Assembly (NCBI GenBank): GCA_964549815.1
Contig: CAZJVO010000002.1
Span: 1-36,116 of the forward strand
Direction: 5' to 3'
Length of the DNA stretch: 36,116 nucleotides
Source: an uncultured Dehalococcoidales bacterium
Lineage (GTDB): Bacteria > Chloroflexota > Dehalococcoidia > Dehalococcoidales > UBA5627
The position numbers and the translations under genes are program-made. This document shows, piece by piece, positions 8,410 to 19,140 of the stretch. Each line of letters begins with the position of its first letter. The first letter of the stretch is position 1. A model generated the notes under the pieces. The model ran no database searches and was not told the origin of the DNA. It saw nothing but the letters and a program-made list of their open reading frames with translations.

Positions 8410-8628
8410 TTATTTCAAACGATAAGTTATTCTCCCGCGACTGAGATCGTAGGGAGATAACTCAATCAATACCTTATCCCCGGGTAATATTCTAATGTAG
8501 TGTACTCTTATTTTACCAGAAATATGGGCTAAAACTCTATGCCCATTCGCCAGCTCTACATTGAACGTGGCATTAGGCAGAGCCTCTACCACCACACCTT
8601 CAACCTCAATAGCCTCTTTTTTAGCCAT
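8410..8628 (-). CDS. infA: translation initiation factor IF-1
   Basis: [22 protein letters not shown]...S1-like fold. The ORF track begins 3 codons earlier (8637), only 2 nt after the map stop; the ATG at 8628 matches homologue N-termini. Confidence 0.93.
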   Translation of the reverse strand: MAKKEAIEVEGVVVEALPNATFNVELANGHRVLAHISGKIRVHYIRILPGDKVLIELSPYDLSRGRITYRLK

Positions 8629-8639
8629 AATTTCCATCC

Positions 8640-9389
8640 CTATAACATGGTGAGCACCTCGGGCTCACCACCGGTAACAGCAATAGTATGCTCGAAATGT
8701 GCTGACAGGCTCCCATCGGCAGTATATACTACCCAGCCGTCCTTGCCCTGCCTGGTATGCCAGTCCCCGATATTAATCATCGGCTCGATAGCCAGCGTCA
8801 TCCCCTTTCGCAGCTCAATCCCGGTCCCCCGGGTGCCAAAATTCGGGATAAGCGGGTCCTCATGCATTTGCCTGCCGATGCCGTGCCCCGTATATTCTCG
8901 CACTACCGAAAAACCCCTCGACTCGGCATATTCCTGCACAGCAGCCCCTATATCTCCCAATCTGGCTCCATCATGCGCAGCAGCAATCCCGGCGGCCAGA
9001 GCCCCTTCGGTAACCTGCATAAGCTCTTTCGCTTTAGGGCTGAGCTCACCCACCCCTATTGTTATCGCCGAATCCCCCTGGAAACCTTCATATATTGACC
9101 CGGCGTCTATTGAGACGATATCGCCATTCTTAATAATTCTATCGCCGGGAATACCATGCACTATCTCGTCATTAATCGAAACACAAATACTGGCGGGGTA
9201 ACCATAATACCCCTTGAACGACGATTTCGCACCCAGCCTTTTCAATTCATTAGCCGCTATCAAATCCAGTTCCTTTGTTTTCATCCCCGGCTGCACGCTG
9301 TTCTTAAGAACCAGCAACACCTCAGCTACAATCCGCCCGGCCTCTCGCATGATTGCGATTTCCTTTTCGGATTTTAATTTAATACTCAT
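8640..9389 (-). CDS. map: type I methionine aminopeptidase
   Basis: 249 aa with metal-ligand context (IVSIDAG, GHGIG, LAIEPM, FEHT). Sits in the conserved adk-map-infA position. Confidence 0.95.
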   Translation of the reverse strand: MSIKLKSEKEIAIMREAGRIVAEVLLVLKNSVQPGMKTKELDLIAANELKRLGAKSSFKGYYGYPASICVSINDEIVHGIPGDRIIKNGDIVSIDAGSIYEGFQGDSAITIGVGELSPKAKELMQVTEGALAAGIAAAHDGARLGDIGAAVQEYAESRGFSVVREYTGHGIGRQMHEDPLIPNFGTRGTGIELRKGMTLAIEPMINIGDWHTRQGKDGWVVYTADGSLSAHFEHTIAVTGGEPEVLTML

Positions 9390-9399
9390 TATTATTTAT

Positions 9400-10053
9400 T
9401 TAAAGGGCACTCTCACGAAGAGCCTTTATAATCCTCTGTGTTATATCTCCCACCTCTCCTTCACCATCCACTTCTATCAATCTTCCCGACTTCCGATAAT
9501 ATTCTATCAAGGGAGAGGTCTCATTAAAATAGACCTTGAGTCTGTTTTTTATCGTTTCTATATTATCATCAGGTCTCTGATAAAGCTCGCCGCCGCATTT
9601 GGGGCATCTTTTCTGTTCTTCGGTTAAAGCCCCCTCCATGCTGTAGGGTGTCTGACAATTACGGCATACCCAGCGCCCGCTCAACCGCCGTATCAGTTCC
9701 CCCTCTCCGACTTTTATATATACCGCCTTATCAACCTTTTTATTCTGTTTTTTGAAAGCTTCATCCAGTGCTTCAGCCTGCACCAGATTCCTGGGAAAGC
9801 CATCCAGGATGGCACCACCCCGACTCTCAGGCGCAGCCAGTTTATTTAACACCATCTGTACCGTTATCTCATTGGGGACCAGAACCCCCTTCTCCATATA
9901 TTCTTTAACCTTTTTACCCAACTCATCCCCACGCTCGACGGCCTGACGAAACAAATCCCCCGATGCTATAGGCACCAGTCCAAATTCAGCTGCAACCCCA
10001 GTAGCCTGTGTTCCTTTACCAGCACCCGGCGCACCCAGGAATACAATATACAA
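9400..10053 (-). CDS. adk: adenylate kinase (Zn-lid type)
   Basis: P-loop GAPGAGKGTQ and lid CRNC...CPKCGG. The ORF-track GTG at 10074 is followed by AAGGCGGA. The in-frame TTG at 10053 gives the canonical (M)YIVFLGAPGAGKGT N-terminus. Confidence 0.92.
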   Translation of the reverse strand: MYIVFLGAPGAGKGTQATGVAAEFGLVPIASGDLFRQAVERGDELGKKVKEYMEKGVLVPNEITVQMVLNKLAAPESRGGAILDGFPRNLVQAEALDEAFKKQNKKVDKAVYIKVGEGELIRRLSGRWVCRNCQTPYSMEGALTEEQKRCPKCGGELYQRPDDNIETIKNRLKVYFNETSPLIEYYRKSGRLIEVDGEGEVGDITQRIIKALRESAL

Positions 10054-10079
10054 CCCTGTTCCGCCTTTATCCACTTATT

Positions 10080-11384
10080 TTATTTAATGAAGCCTTCGTA
10101 GCGTCGCATCGAAAGCTGGGCTTCCATTTGCTTCATAGTATCCAGTACTACACCAACCACGATAAGCATACCGAAGCTGGACAGCGTAAGAGTGGTAACA
10201 TCGCTCACCAGGCTAACAATAAAGGGCATTACAGCAACCACTGCCAAAAATAGCGCTCCACCCCAGGTTATACGCTCTATGACCCCGCTCAGGTAAGCCG
10301 CCGTTTGCTTCCCTGGCCTGATACCTGGAACAAAACCACCCTGCTTTTGAAGAACACCGGGCAGGTCCTGCTGCTGGAATATAACCATGGTATAAAAGAA
10401 AGCAAAGACGAATACCAGTATAAAATACAATACCCAGTATATCAAGCCCAAAGGCAAGGCGGTATCAGGACTGAATATCTGTACCACCCAGTACCAGAAG
10501 TTTTGAGCTTCCGTATCCTGAAAATAGCTACCTATAATTCCCGGAAACATGACCAGAGCCATAGCAAAAATCAGGGGTATCATACCGGCAGTATTAACCC
10601 TCAAGGGAATATGGCTGGCTCCCGACTGGCGATACATACGCCCGCTCTTGAACACGCTCTTGGCATACTGCACAGGAATGCGTCGATGAGCCTCGGTGAA
10701 TATAACAATAAGCATAGTCGTAGCCAGTCCGACCAGGATGAGCACTATCAAACCAGCCAGTTGCCCCTGTTGCGCTGCCAGAATGGAGTCACCGATCATT
10801 TCAGGCAACCCGGCAACGATGCCAGCAAAAATTATAATCGAAATACCGTTGCCGATGCCATATTCGGTAATCTGCTCTCCCAGCCATACCAGGAACATCG
10901 TACCGGCTATCATCGTCATTATCATAGCGGTTGTTAACAGGGGATCGGAAACAGCTACAGCTCCAGCCCTTTGCAAAACAACCAGCTGTCCGTACCCTGC
11001 AAACCCTGCCATGGGGATTGTCAACCAGTGTGTTATCTGATTTATCCTATTTCTGCCTGCTTCCCCTTCCTGGGATAACGCCTGTAATTTAGGGATGACA
11101 GGCGTCATAACTGTCATGATGATGGAAGCCGTGATATATGGATAAACACCCATAGCGGCTAAGCTGAAATTCTTCATCGCTCCGCCGCTGAAGAGGTCCA
11201 TCATCCCCAAAAGGGCATTGTTTTCGAATAATGCTGCCAGAACGGTGGAATCCACTCCAGGCAGAGGAACATGCGCAATCAGGCGAAATACCACCAGTAT
11301 TCCAAACGTTATCAGGAGCCTCCGCCTCAAATCAGGCAGTCTGAAGGCATCAATAGTTGCCTGCAGAAGCCTCGGCTTAGCCAT
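10080..11384 (-). CDS. secY: preprotein translocase subunit SecY
   Basis: 434-aa polytopic membrane protein at the end of the spc block. Overlaps the rplO stop by 8 nt. Confidence 0.96.
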   Translation of the reverse strand: MAKPRLLQATIDAFRLPDLRRRLLITFGILVVFRLIAHVPLPGVDSTVLAALFENNALLGMMDLFSGGAMKNFSLAAMGVYPYITASIIMTVMTPVIPKLQALSQEGEAGRNRINQITHWLTIPMAGFAGYGQLVVLQRAGAVAVSDPLLTTAMIMTMIAGTMFLVWLGEQITEYGIGNGISIIIFAGIVAGLPEMIGDSILAAQQGQLAGLIVLILVGLATTMLIVIFTEAHRRIPVQYAKSVFKSGRMYRQSGASHIPLRVNTAGMIPLIFAMALVMFPGIIGSYFQDTEAQNFWYWVVQIFSPDTALPLGLIYWVLYFILVFVFAFFYTMVIFQQQDLPGVLQKQGGFVPGIRPGKQTAAYLSGVIERITWGGALFLAVVAVMPFIVSLVSDVTTLTLSSFGMLIVVGVVLDTMKQMEAQLSMRRYEGFIK

Positions 11385-11832
11385 TAGAAACCTCCACTAC
11401 CGTACCCCCCGCCGCCTCTATCTTGGCCCTTGCGGCTGCTGAGAATTTATCCGCCCTGATAGTAAGAGGACAACTGATATCCCCGCGTGATAATATTTTA
11501 ATCGGAGTTCTGGGATTTTTAATAATTCCAGCCTCCGCCAGTTTTTCTGCGGTAACCTCACTGCCAGCTTTAAAGGCACTAAGGCTACTCAAATTGACTT
11601 CCTCATATTCTACTCTGAATATATTGTTGAAACCGCGTTTGCGCGGTAGACGCTTAATCAAGGGCAACTGCCCACCTTCAAAGCCGGGCCTGACCTTATT
11701 ATTCCCAGCACGAGATTTCTGCCCTTTGCAGCCCCTGCCCGAATATGTGCCATGCCCGCTGCCATTCCCACGGCCGACGCGCTTGCGGTCCTTCTTAGAC
11801 CCCGGTGCCGGTGATAGTAATTCCTGCCTCAC
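11377..11832 (-). CDS. rplO: 50S ribosomal protein L15
   Basis: KKDRKRVGRGNGSGHGTYSGRGCKGQKSR Gly-rich L15 N-terminus. GTG start overlaps the rpmD stop by 1 nt. Confidence 0.96.
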   Translation of the reverse strand: MRQELLSPAPGSKKDRKRVGRGNGSGHGTYSGRGCKGQKSRAGNNKVRPGFEGGQLPLIKRLPRKRGFNNIFRVEYEEVNLSSLSAFKAGSEVTAEKLAEAGIIKNPRTPIKILSRGDISCPLTIRADKFSAAARAKIEAAGGTVVEVSNG

Positions 11833-12014
11833 TAGTTTGCTTCCTCCACTTTTACCAGGTGCCTTACTTTCTGAATCATACCCCTGACGGCATAGGAATC
11901 CTCAAGTACCACACTCTGATTTAATCGTTTAAAACCCAGAGCGGTTAAGGTCTTTTTCTGGTCTTCAGCATAACCAATTCCGCTTTTAACCAGTGTTATA
12001 CGTAATTTAGCCAT
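11832..12014 (-). CDS. rpmD: 50S ribosomal protein L30
   Basis: [14 protein letters not shown].. is a canonical L30 start. The ATG at 12014 sits 6 nt after GGAGG, whereas the ORF track begins at TTG 12020. Confidence 0.93.
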   Translation of the reverse strand: MAKLRITLVKSGIGYAEDQKKTLTALGFKRLNQSVVLEDSYAVRGMIQKVRHLVKVEEAN

Positions 12015-12552
12015 TGGCAACCTCCGCCTGCGTTTCCTGCACTTCAGGAAGAATGCCCTTGCGGCGTGCCAGGTGTTCTTTTGTATTCTTCATCTGACTG
12101 AGCCCGAGCAGAGTTGCTTTCGCCACATTGGTCTTATTGGCGCTGCCCAGCGACTTGGTCAGGATATCCTTAATTCCTGCAGCTTCTACCACCGCCCTCA
12201 CACCACCACCGGCTATAATACCGGTACCGGGTGAGGCTGGCCTCAAGAGAACTACCGCAGCTCCATATTTGGCAACAGTTTCATAAGGAATGGTGGTGCC
12301 TGCCAATGTAACCTCGACCATATTCTTCCTGGCGACTGCCCCGGCTTTATTTATCGCATCGGGGACTTCAGCAGACTTACCCATTCCAATACCTACATGC
12401 CCATTGCCATCACCGGATACCACAAGAGCACTGAAACTGAGGCGTTTACCACCCTTAACCACTTTGGAAACACGGTTGAGATAAACCAATTTATCGTTTA
12501 ATACCATTTCCGATGGGTCTACTCTATTTTTTATTACAAGCTTCTTGGTCAC
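12007..12552 (-). CDS. rpsE: 30S ribosomal protein S5
   Basis: [38 protein letters not shown] are S5 dsRBD signatures. Confidence 0.96.
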   Translation of the reverse strand: MTKKLVIKNRVDPSEMVLNDKLVYLNRVSKVVKGGKRLSFSALVVSGDGNGHVGIGMGKSAEVPDAINKAGAVARKNMVEVTLAGTTIPYETVAKYGAAVVLLRPASPGTGIIAGGGVRAVVEAAGIKDILTKSLGSANKTNVAKATLLGLSQMKNTKEHLARRKGILPEVQETQAEVANG

Positions 12553-12567
12553 TTCAATAAACCTTCC

Positions 12568-12933
12568 TTAGAATTTTATTCCACCCTTACGAGCCGCATC
12601 GGCCAGAGTCTTGACCCTGCCATGATATTTATATCCGCCACGGTCAAAGACTACCTGTGTAACTCCGGCTTCCAATGCCCGTCTGGCCACTAAAAGACCG
12701 ACCATTTCTGCCTGATCCAATTTCTTTTTCCCCTCTATATCCCTGGCAATTTCAGGGTCGACAGTCGAAGCCGAAACCAGGGTGCGGCCCTGCGTATCAT
12801 CGATAATCTGAGCATAAATGTGCTGCAAACTGCGATATACACACAGACGCGGCCTATCGCTCGTACCACTAATCTTAGCCCTGACTCTGGCATGCCTTTT
12901 ATGGCGCGCCACTCTAGTTGCATCTTTACTCAC
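12568..12933 (-). CDS. rplR: 50S ribosomal protein L18
   Basis: [36 protein letters not shown] is a typical L18 N-terminus. Confidence 0.96.
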   Translation of the reverse strand: MSKDATRVARHKRHARVRAKISGTSDRPRLCVYRSLQHIYAQIIDDTQGRTLVSASTVDPEIARDIEGKKKLDQAEMVGLLVARRALEAGVTQVVFDRGGYKYHGRVKTLADAARKGGIKF

Positions 12934-13487
12934 TACTTCTTACCCCCTCCGGCTTTCCCTGTCTTACCGGCCTTAATACGTACCACTTCTCCAGCATACC
13001 TGATGCCCTTGCCTTTATAATGATCAGGCGGATGCACAGCACGAATTTCCGCCGCCAGCTGCCCAACCTTTTCCTTATCGATGCCCTGCACCTTTATCTT
13101 GGTTTGCCCATCCAGTACAATGGACACTCCGGGAGGAGGAACAATTTCAACCGGATGTGAAAAACCGATACGCAGCACCAGCTTCTGCCCCGACAACTCT
13201 GCACGGTAACCGACACCTACGATTTCAAGATTCTTCTCAAAACCGTCGCTGACGCCTTTCACCATGTTATTCAGAAGTGTCCTGGTCAATCCATGCAGGG
13301 CGCGATACTGCCTTTCATCGCTGGGACGGGTCACCCTGAGTGACCTACCATCCATTGCAATCGTCATTTCGGGATTGAAACTCCGCTCCAAAGAACCCTT
13401 CGGACCGGTTACAACCACTCTGTTACCTTCAATTTTAACCGCTACGCCGCTGGGCATAGCTATTGGCATTTTACCTATCCTAGACAT
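12933..13487 (-). CDS. rplF: 50S ribosomal protein L6
   Basis: [31 protein letters not shown] is a canonical L6 start. Confidence 0.97.
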   Translation of the reverse strand: MSRIGKMPIAMPSGVAVKIEGNRVVVTGPKGSLERSFNPEMTIAMDGRSLRVTRPSDERQYRALHGLTRTLLNNMVKGVSDGFEKNLEIVGVGYRAELSGQKLVLRIGFSHPVEIVPPPGVSIVLDGQTKIKVQGIDKEKVGQLAAEIRAVHPPDHYKGKGIRYAGEVVRIKAGKTGKAGGGKK

Positions 13488-13511
13488 ATATAATCATCCC
13501 TCAAGATTTCT

Positions 13512-13910
13512 TTACCACACATAGCACAAGAGCTCACCGCCAACACCCTGTTGCCAGGCTCTTTTACCGGTCATAACACCCCTGGATGTAGACACTATGG
13601 AGATTCCCAGGCCGCCGTAAACACGAGGGATTTCAGTACTCTGAACATAAACCCTCAAACCGGGCTTACTGACCCTCTTTAAACCTGAAATCATCGGCTG
13701 ATTTTTATCAGCATATTTCAGAACTATTTTTATCTGCCTCTGCGTACGGCTCCCGACCACCTCATAGTCAGCAATAAAACCCTCTTGTTTGAGGATTTTA
13801 GCAATGTACAGCTTCATCCTTGAGGATGGTATAGATACCGAATCGTGCCGCGCCATTCCGGCGTTGCGTATTCGTGTTAACATATCTGCAATTGGATCTG
13901 TGACTGCCAT
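13512..13910 (-). CDS. rpsH: 30S ribosomal protein S8
   Basis: [13 protein letters not shown] is the canonical S8 motif. Confidence 0.97.
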   Translation of the reverse strand: MAVTDPIADMLTRIRNAGMARHDSVSIPSSRMKLYIAKILKQEGFIADYEVVGSRTQRQIKIVLKYADKNQPMISGLKRVSKPGLRVYVQSTEIPRVYGGLGISIVSTSRGVMTGKRAWQQGVGGELLCYVW

Positions 13911-13947
13911 CCCCTCTACTCCTTACTTTTTACATTTCAACCAGCCG

Positions 13948-14133
13948 CTACCAGCTGGATTTCTTTACTCCCGGAATCTGCCCATTGAGGGCTAGCTTCC
14001 TGAAACATATGCGGCATACACCGAACATCCTGATATAGGCGCGTGGCCTGCCACATAAACGGCAGCGATTATGCTGCTGTACGCCAAACTTGGGAGTACG
14101 TCTTGATTTTACAATTTTTGATTTCTTAGCCAC
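13948..14133 (-). CDS. rpsN: 30S ribosomal protein S14, short Zn-binding (type Z) form
   Basis: 61 aa with CRLCGRP...CRIC, i.e. the C+ zinc-ribbon form. Confidence 0.96.
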   Translation of the reverse strand: MAKKSKIVKSRRTPKFGVQQHNRCRLCGRPRAYIRMFGVCRICFRKLALNGQIPGVKKSSW

Positions 14134-14682
14134 TTATTCTTCCTCTTTCGTAAAAGGCATCCCCAGCATTTCTAAAAGCTGCCTGCCTTCTTCGTCCGTC
14201 CTGGCTCCGGTAACAATGGTAACCTCCAATCCCCTCAGCTTATCCACCGATTCAAAACTGATCTCGGGGAAAACAGTTTGCTCTTTAAAGCCCAGCGAAT
14301 AATTACCAAAGCCATCAAATCCATCACGGGGCACACCATTGAATTCCCTGATACGCGGCAGAACAACATTTATCAGCTTATCGAGAAAATGGTACATCCG
14401 CTCTCCACGCAACGTTACCTTCAGCCCAATCGGCATCCCTGCCCTCAATTTGAAGGCAGCAATAGACCTCCTGGAACGGGTGATTACCGGATGCTGCCCG
14501 CAGATAGCCACCAGATCTTTTTCAGCAGCTTCCATCGCCTTGGCATTGGCAATAGCCTCACCAAGACCAATATTCAAAACAACTTTTTCAAGTCGCGGGA
14601 CACGCATGATATTGGCATAGCCGTATCGTCCCATAAGCCCCGGAACAACTTCATTCTTATATTTTTCCTTAAGCGCCGACAT
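14134..14682 (-). CDS. rplE: 50S ribosomal protein L5
   Basis: [15 protein letters not shown] and the conserved L24-L5-S14 order. Confidence 0.97.
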   Translation of the reverse strand: MSALKEKYKNEVVPGLMGRYGYANIMRVPRLEKVVLNIGLGEAIANAKAMEAAEKDLVAICGQHPVITRSRRSIAAFKLRAGMPIGLKVTLRGERMYHFLDKLINVVLPRIREFNGVPRDGFDGFGNYSLGFKEQTVFPEISFESVDKLRGLEVTIVTGARTDEEGRQLLEMLGMPFTKEEE

Positions 14683-14994
14683 CTAATCAATCACCTCCCG
14701 GCAGGATTTACAATAGCGAACCCTCTTGCCATCCTCCAGGGTTTTAAAACCGATACGTACCGGATTATGACATTTATTGCAAAGCAACATAACATTCGAA
14801 ACATGAATGGATTCTTCACGTTCGATAATCCCAGCCTGTCTTGCCTGACCGGTCGGGCGGGCATGCCTCTTTATAAAGTTCACACCCTCAACGATAATCC
14901 GATTTTTCTTAGGGAAAGCAAATCTTACCCTCCCCTTTTTCCCCCGGTCTTTTCCTGCAATTACCAGAACAGTATCATTTTTCCTGATATTCAT
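14683..14994 (-). CDS. rplX: 50S ribosomal protein L24 with C-terminal CxxC...CxxC
   Basis: MNIRKNDTVLVIAGKDRGKKG KOW motif. The ATG at 14994 is preferred over the TTG at 15006 in the ORF track. Four Cys arranged as CNKC...CKSC. Confidence 0.95.
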   Translation of the reverse strand: MNIRKNDTVLVIAGKDRGKKGRVRFAFPKKNRIIVEGVNFIKRHARPTGQARQAGIIEREESIHVSNVMLLCNKCHNPVRIGFKTLEDGKRVRYCKSCREVID

Positions 14995-15010
14995 CTCTAC
15001 AAACAACTCC

Positions 15011-15379
15011 CTATAATACCTCGGGTGCCAGCGAGATAATCTTCGTAAAATTCTTATCTCTCAATTCCCGGGCTACCGGGCCAAAGATTCTGGTCCCCTT
15101 GGGATTACTTTCATCAGCAAGTATAACCGCCGCATTTTCATCAAATTTTATATATGACCCATCCGGCCGCCTGTATGGACATGCGCAACGTACCACTACC
15201 GCCTTTACCACTTCCCCTGCTTTGACCTGGGCTTCAGGAATAGATTTCTTTACCGTAGCAACGATTATGTCGCCGGCCACGGCATACTTCCTTCCCGTAC
15301 CCCCCAGCACATTAACGCACATCAATTGTCTGGCACCGGTATTATCTGCAACTTTAAGCCTGGTATAGGTTTGAATCAT
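15011..15379 (-). CDS. rplN: 50S ribosomal protein L14
   Basis: [16 protein letters not shown] is a canonical L14 start. Confidence 0.98.
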   Translation of the reverse strand: MIQTYTRLKVADNTGARQLMCVNVLGGTGRKYAVAGDIIVATVKKSIPEAQVKAGEVVKAVVVRCACPYRRPDGSYIKFDENAAVILADESNPKGTRIFGPVARELRDKNFTKIISLAPEVL

Positions 15380-15394
15380 CTAAGTATATCCCTT

Positions 15395-15676
15395 TTAGAT
15401 TATTTCTCGAGGTTTAACCTCAGCTACTTCTTTCCTGGTAAGTATCTCCGCAACCCTCCACCTCTTCTCTTTGGACAGGGGGCGAGTTTCAATTATTTTA
15501 ACCTTATCTCCCGGTTTACAACTACTATTCTCGTCGTGAACCTTGTATTTGACAACTTTCCTTATAGTTTTGCCATATAACGGATGGTGTTTCAACGATT
15601 CGATCTCAACAATTACCGTTTTATTCATCTTCGTGCTGACCACATGGCCTATCCTGACTTTTTTGTTCGCTTCCAT
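15395..15676 (-). CDS. rpsQ: 30S ribosomal protein S17
   Basis: GHVVSTKMNKTVIVEIESLKHHPLYGK is a typical S17 OB-fold sequence. Confidence 0.97.
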   Translation of the reverse strand: MEANKKVRIGHVVSTKMNKTVIVEIESLKHHPLYGKTIRKVVKYKVHDENSSCKPGDKVKIIETRPLSKEKRWRVAEILTRKEVAEVKPREII

Positions 15677-15683
15677 AGGTTCC

Positions 15684-15881
15684 CTACCTTATCCCCAGTT
15701 CTCTTTCACGTATAATAGTTTTTAACAGAGCAATATCTTTCCTGGCCCTGGGTGGCTCACGATGATTCTTTAATTGCCTGGTTGCGGCTTGAAAACGCAG
15801 GGTAAAGTACTCTTTATAAGCCTCATCCAGCTTCTTCTTCAATTCCTCATCCCCGAGCGCTCTTAATTCATTAGCTTTCAA
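15684..15881 (-). CDS. rpmC: 50S ribosomal protein L29
   Basis: [18 protein letters not shown]...LRFQ is canonical L29. Confidence 0.96.
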   Translation of the reverse strand: MKANELRALGDEELKKKLDEAYKEYFTLRFQAATRQLKNHREPPRARKDIALLKTIIRERELGIR

Positions 15882-16335
15882 CTTGAGTTAACTCCTTTTG
15901 CTCCGAGCCGGCAGCAACACCGAAACCGCTATCCTTAGATATAAATCTGGTATTGATAGGCAGCTTATATGCCGCCAAACGCATTGCTTCCTTGGCTACA
16001 TCTTCGGGAATACCGCTCAACTCGAACAGTATCCTGCCTGGTCTGACGACTGCCACCCAGTGATCGGGCGAACCCTTACCACCACCCTGCCTGGTTTCAG
16101 CCGGTTTAGCCGTAACGGGATGGTCAGGGAAAATTCGTATCCATACCTTACCACCACGCCGAATATATCTAACCATAGCTCTCCTGGCAGCTTCAATCTG
16201 CCTGGCGGTTATCCATGCCGATTCTACAGCCTGCAATCCAAAATCGCCGAACAATATCGTATCTCCCGCATGAGCTCTGCCGCGGCGGTGCCCTTTCTGA
16301 CTCTTACGGTATTTCACCCGTTTTGGTTGTAACAT
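15871..16335 (-). CDS. rplP: 50S ribosomal protein L16
   Basis: [19 protein letters not shown] is a canonical L16 start. Confidence 0.97.
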   Translation of the reverse strand: MLQPKRVKYRKSQKGHRRGRAHAGDTILFGDFGLQAVESAWITARQIEAARRAMVRYIRRGGKVWIRIFPDHPVTAKPAETRQGGGKGSPDHWVAVVRPGRILFELSGIPEDVAKEAMRLAAYKLPINTRFISKDSGFGVAAGSEQKELTQVES

Positions 16336-16366
16336 TGGTCTCCCCTTTATCTATCGCCTTCAGAGG

Positions 16367-17341
16367 TTAAGCCTCCTCAGCTTCTTCCTTTTTCTTTGCT
16401 CTGGTTTTAGCCGGCTTTGCGGCTGCTTCCTCAACTTCTTCCTCGACCATGACCTTCCTCTTTGCCCTCGGTTTAGCAGCTTTTTCAGCCCCTTCAACTG
16501 CAGGGGGTTCAGCTACTTTACTTTCTTCCCCGCTCTTCTGGCCCTCAGCTTCATCAGTTTCAACAGCCTTAGCTCTGGAAGTGCGTCTGGCTTTCGGTTT
16601 TTCCACTACTCCCTCTATCACTGGAGCCTCTGCATTATCAACTGTTTTTTCTTCAGAAACAACTTCATCTATAATCGCTTCAACAGGGGATTCCTCAACC
16701 GCTGTCTGTCCGACCTCTGGTAGAATATCCCCCCGGTATATCCATACCTTTACACCTATGCGCCCCATAGTAGTATGAGCTTCAGTAAAACCATAATCCA
16801 CATCCGCTCTCAGTGTGTGCAAGGGAACTCTACCCTGGTGCATCATCTGGCTGCGTGCAATTTCTGCACCTGCCAGCCTTCCCGAGCACTTTATCTTTAT
16901 CCCCAGCGCCCCTGCCTGCAGCGTACGGAAAATAGACTGCTTCATCGCCCTGCGATAAGCTACACGCCGTTCAATCTGCTCAGCTATAGACCTGGCTACC
17001 AGATAAGCATCCAGCTCGGGCTGCCTGATTTCCTGTATATTAAGTTGTATTTTCTTATCGATAAGCGATTCAAGGAATCGTCTAACTTCGTCTACTCTCT
17101 GCCCACCGCGGCCTATTACAATACCAGGACGAGCCGTATATATAGTTACCGCTACTTTGCTTGCCTGCCGTTCTATTTCCACCATTGAAACCCCGGCTTC
17201 GGCATATTTGTCACGAACAGCCTGACGGACTTTAACGTCTTCCTGTAAAAAATCTGCATAGTGTTTGTCGGCATACCATTTAGCCTGCCAATCACGGGTG
17301 GTGCCAATTCTAAATCCATATGGATGAACCTTACGTCCCAT
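16367..17341 (-). CDS. rpsC: 30S ribosomal protein S3 with a long low-complexity C-terminal extension
   Basis: MGRKVHPYGFRIG, a KH domain and the conserved core run to about residue 210 (VWIYRGDILPE). About 115 further residues are rich in E/A/K/V. Confidence 0.96.
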   Translation of the reverse strand: MGRKVHPYGFRIGTTRDWQAKWYADKHYADFLQEDVKVRQAVRDKYAEAGVSMVEIERQASKVAVTIYTARPGIVIGRGGQRVDEVRRFLESLIDKKIQLNIQEIRQPELDAYLVARSIAEQIERRVAYRRAMKQSIFRTLQAGALGIKIKCSGRLAGAEIARSQMMHQGRVPLHTLRADVDYGFTEAHTTMGRIGVKVWIYRGDILPEVGQTAVEESPVEAIIDEVVSEEKTVDNAEAPVIEGVVEKPKARRTSRAKAVETDEAEGQKSGEESKVAEPPAVEGAEKAAKPRAKRKVMVEEEVEEAAAKPAKTRAKKKEEAEEA

Positions 17342-17679
17342 TAAGCCTCCTGCTCCGCAACGATAACTGTAATATGGCTAGACCTCTTGTTGAAACGAGC
17401 TGCTCTTCCTCTAGCCGCTGCGCGAAATCTTCTCAGACTCTGTGCTTCGTCTGCATATATAGCTACGACCTTTAATTCCGCAGGGTCCATATGGAAGTTA
17501 TTCTCGGCATTGGCAGCCGCAGATTTCACTGCTTTAGCCACTACCTTCGCCTGCGGTGTCGGTGCAAACTTCAGTATGTTAAGGGCATCCTCAACCTTCT
17601 TCCCTCGCACCATATCAATAAGCAGCCTCACTTTACGAGGCGATAACCCTGTATTTCTGGATACTGCTTTAATTCTCAT
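17341..17679 (-). CDS. rplV: 50S ribosomal protein L22
   Basis: SPRKVRLLIDMVRGKKVEDALNILKF is a typical L22 sequence. Confidence 0.97.
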   Translation of the reverse strand: MRIKAVSRNTGLSPRKVRLLIDMVRGKKVEDALNILKFAPTPQAKVVAKAVKSAAANAENNFHMDPAELKVVAIYADEAQSLRRFRAAARGRAARFNKRSSHITVIVAEQEA

Positions 17680-17721
17680 CTTTAACCCTGCTTATAACCT
17701 TAACTCTTTTTATCTATACTG

Positions 17722-18006
17722 CTATGCAGTCTTTGCCGCTTTATCAGCCTTGGTGGTATGCCCTCTGAAAGTACGAGTAGGAGCAAATTCACCGAGTTTA
17801 TGTCCGACCATGTTCTCCGTTACAAAGATAGGCACATGTCTACGCCCATCATATACCCCAATATTCAACCCCACCATCTCAGGCAATATCGTAGACCCGC
17901 GAGCCCACGTTTTTATCAGTACCTTCTGCTTAGAGGCATTCGCTGCTTCCACCTTTTTCATTAGCTTGGCGTTAACAGCAGGCCCTTTTTTAATTGATCT
18001 AGACAT
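17722..18006 (-). CDS. rpsS: 30S ribosomal protein S19
   Basis: MSRSIKKGP...[34 protein letters not shown] is canonical S19. Confidence 0.98.
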   Translation of the reverse strand: MSRSIKKGPAVNAKLMKKVEAANASKQKVLIKTWARGSTILPEMVGLNIGVYDGRRHVPIFVTENMVGHKLGEFAPTRTFRGHTTKADKAAKTA

Positions 18007-18011
18007 TTTAC

Positions 18012-18839
18012 CTATTTACCTCGACGCTTAACAATCAATTTATCCGAAGCCTTGGTCTTTCTGGTCTTATAACCCAGAGCAGGCTTTCCCCAGGGAGTCT
18101 TGGGACCGGGCATGCCGATGGGCGTCCGTCCCTCACCACCACCATGCGGATGGTCACGGGGAGTCATTGCCGAACCCCTTACCGTCGGACGCCAGCCCAT
18201 AAGGCGCTTTCTGCCGGCCTTACCCAGCTTTATATTCTGATGGTCGATATTACCTACCTGACCAATAGTTGCCATACAATCACTGCGCACCCGCCGCATT
18301 TCGCCGGAAGGTAGACGGATTAAAGTATAATCACCCTCTTTAGCCATGAGCTGGGCAGCGGCACCGGCACTGCGCACCAGTTTTGCCCCACCCCCTGCCA
18401 CGGTTTCGATATTGTGAATCATGGTACCACTGGGAATAAATCTCAAAGGCATGGCATTACCCGGCTTAAATTCAACCCCTTCGCCGGTATTTATGGTATC
18501 GTTCACTCCCAGGCCGACGGGAGCCAGGATATAACGTTTTTCACCATCTGCATAGAATATAAGGGCCAAATAAGCGGACCGACCCGGGTCGTATTCTATA
18601 GCGGCCACCCTGCCTGGTACACCAATTTTATCCCGTTTGAAATCGACGATGCGAATGCGGCGCTTCATACCGCCGCCACGGTGTCTTACCGTCAATTTCC
18701 CCTGATTATTTCTTCCTCCGCTCTTTTTGACAGACAGTAACAGAGATTTCTCGGGCTTGCTCTTGGTAATTTCCTCGAAGCTTGCACCGGTCATGTTACG
18801 CCTGCCCGGAGAAGTCGGATTATACAATTTAAGTGCCAC
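18012..18839 (-). CDS. rplB: 50S ribosomal protein L2
   Basis: 275 aa with [16 protein letters not shown] and [13 protein letters not shown] signatures. Confidence 0.98.
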   Translation of the reverse strand: MALKLYNPTSPGRRNMTGASFEEITKSKPEKSLLLSVKKSGGRNNQGKLTVRHRGGGMKRRIRIVDFKRDKIGVPGRVAAIEYDPGRSAYLALIFYADGEKRYILAPVGLGVNDTINTGEGVEFKPGNAMPLRFIPSGTMIHNIETVAGGGAKLVRSAGAAAQLMAKEGDYTLIRLPSGEMRRVRSDCMATIGQVGNIDHQNIKLGKAGRKRLMGWRPTVRGSAMTPRDHPHGGGEGRTPIGMPGPKTPWGKPALGYKTRKTKASDKLIVKRRGK

Positions 18840-18854
18840 TTCTATACAATCTCC

Positions 18855-19139
18855 TTAAACGCCTTCGAATAATTCTATCTTTTCACCCGGTTGAAGAGTA
18901 ACGATAGCTTTTTTCCAGCTCGGCTCGGCTATTTCCCGCCTGCCCATTCTTCTCTTCTTGCCGGGTACCTTTATTATATTGACCGATGCAACTTTAACCT
19001 TGAATGCAGCCTCTACTGCCTGTTTTATTTGCGGTTTTGTCGCTTTGTCGGCTACTTTAAAAACATACTTCCCCTCAGCCTGCAATATCGTCCCTTTTTC
19101 TGTTATCGAGGGTTCACGTAATACTTCATACAGGTGCAT
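18855..19139 (-). CDS. rplW: 50S ribosomal protein L23
   Basis: ITEKG...YVFKV....K.QIKQAVE.AFKVKV are typical L23 blocks. Confidence 0.96.
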   Translation of the reverse strand: MHLYEVLREPSITEKGTILQAEGKYVFKVADKATKPQIKQAVEAAFKVKVASVNIIKVPGKKRRMGRREIAEPSWKKAIVTLQPGEKIELFEGV

Positions 19140-19140
19140 A

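Noticed and set aside
8539-9201. 220-aa + strand ORF antisense to map/infA, plus similar long antisense ORFs at 10305..10937, 14278..15039, 17387..18031, 24764..25264, 26667..27200, 27946..28512, 30303..30914 and 31476..31976
   Set aside because: Each lies opposite a confidently identified conserved gene, is rich in Ser/Pro/Leu/Arg as expected for antisense frames, and has no recognisable motifs or SD.
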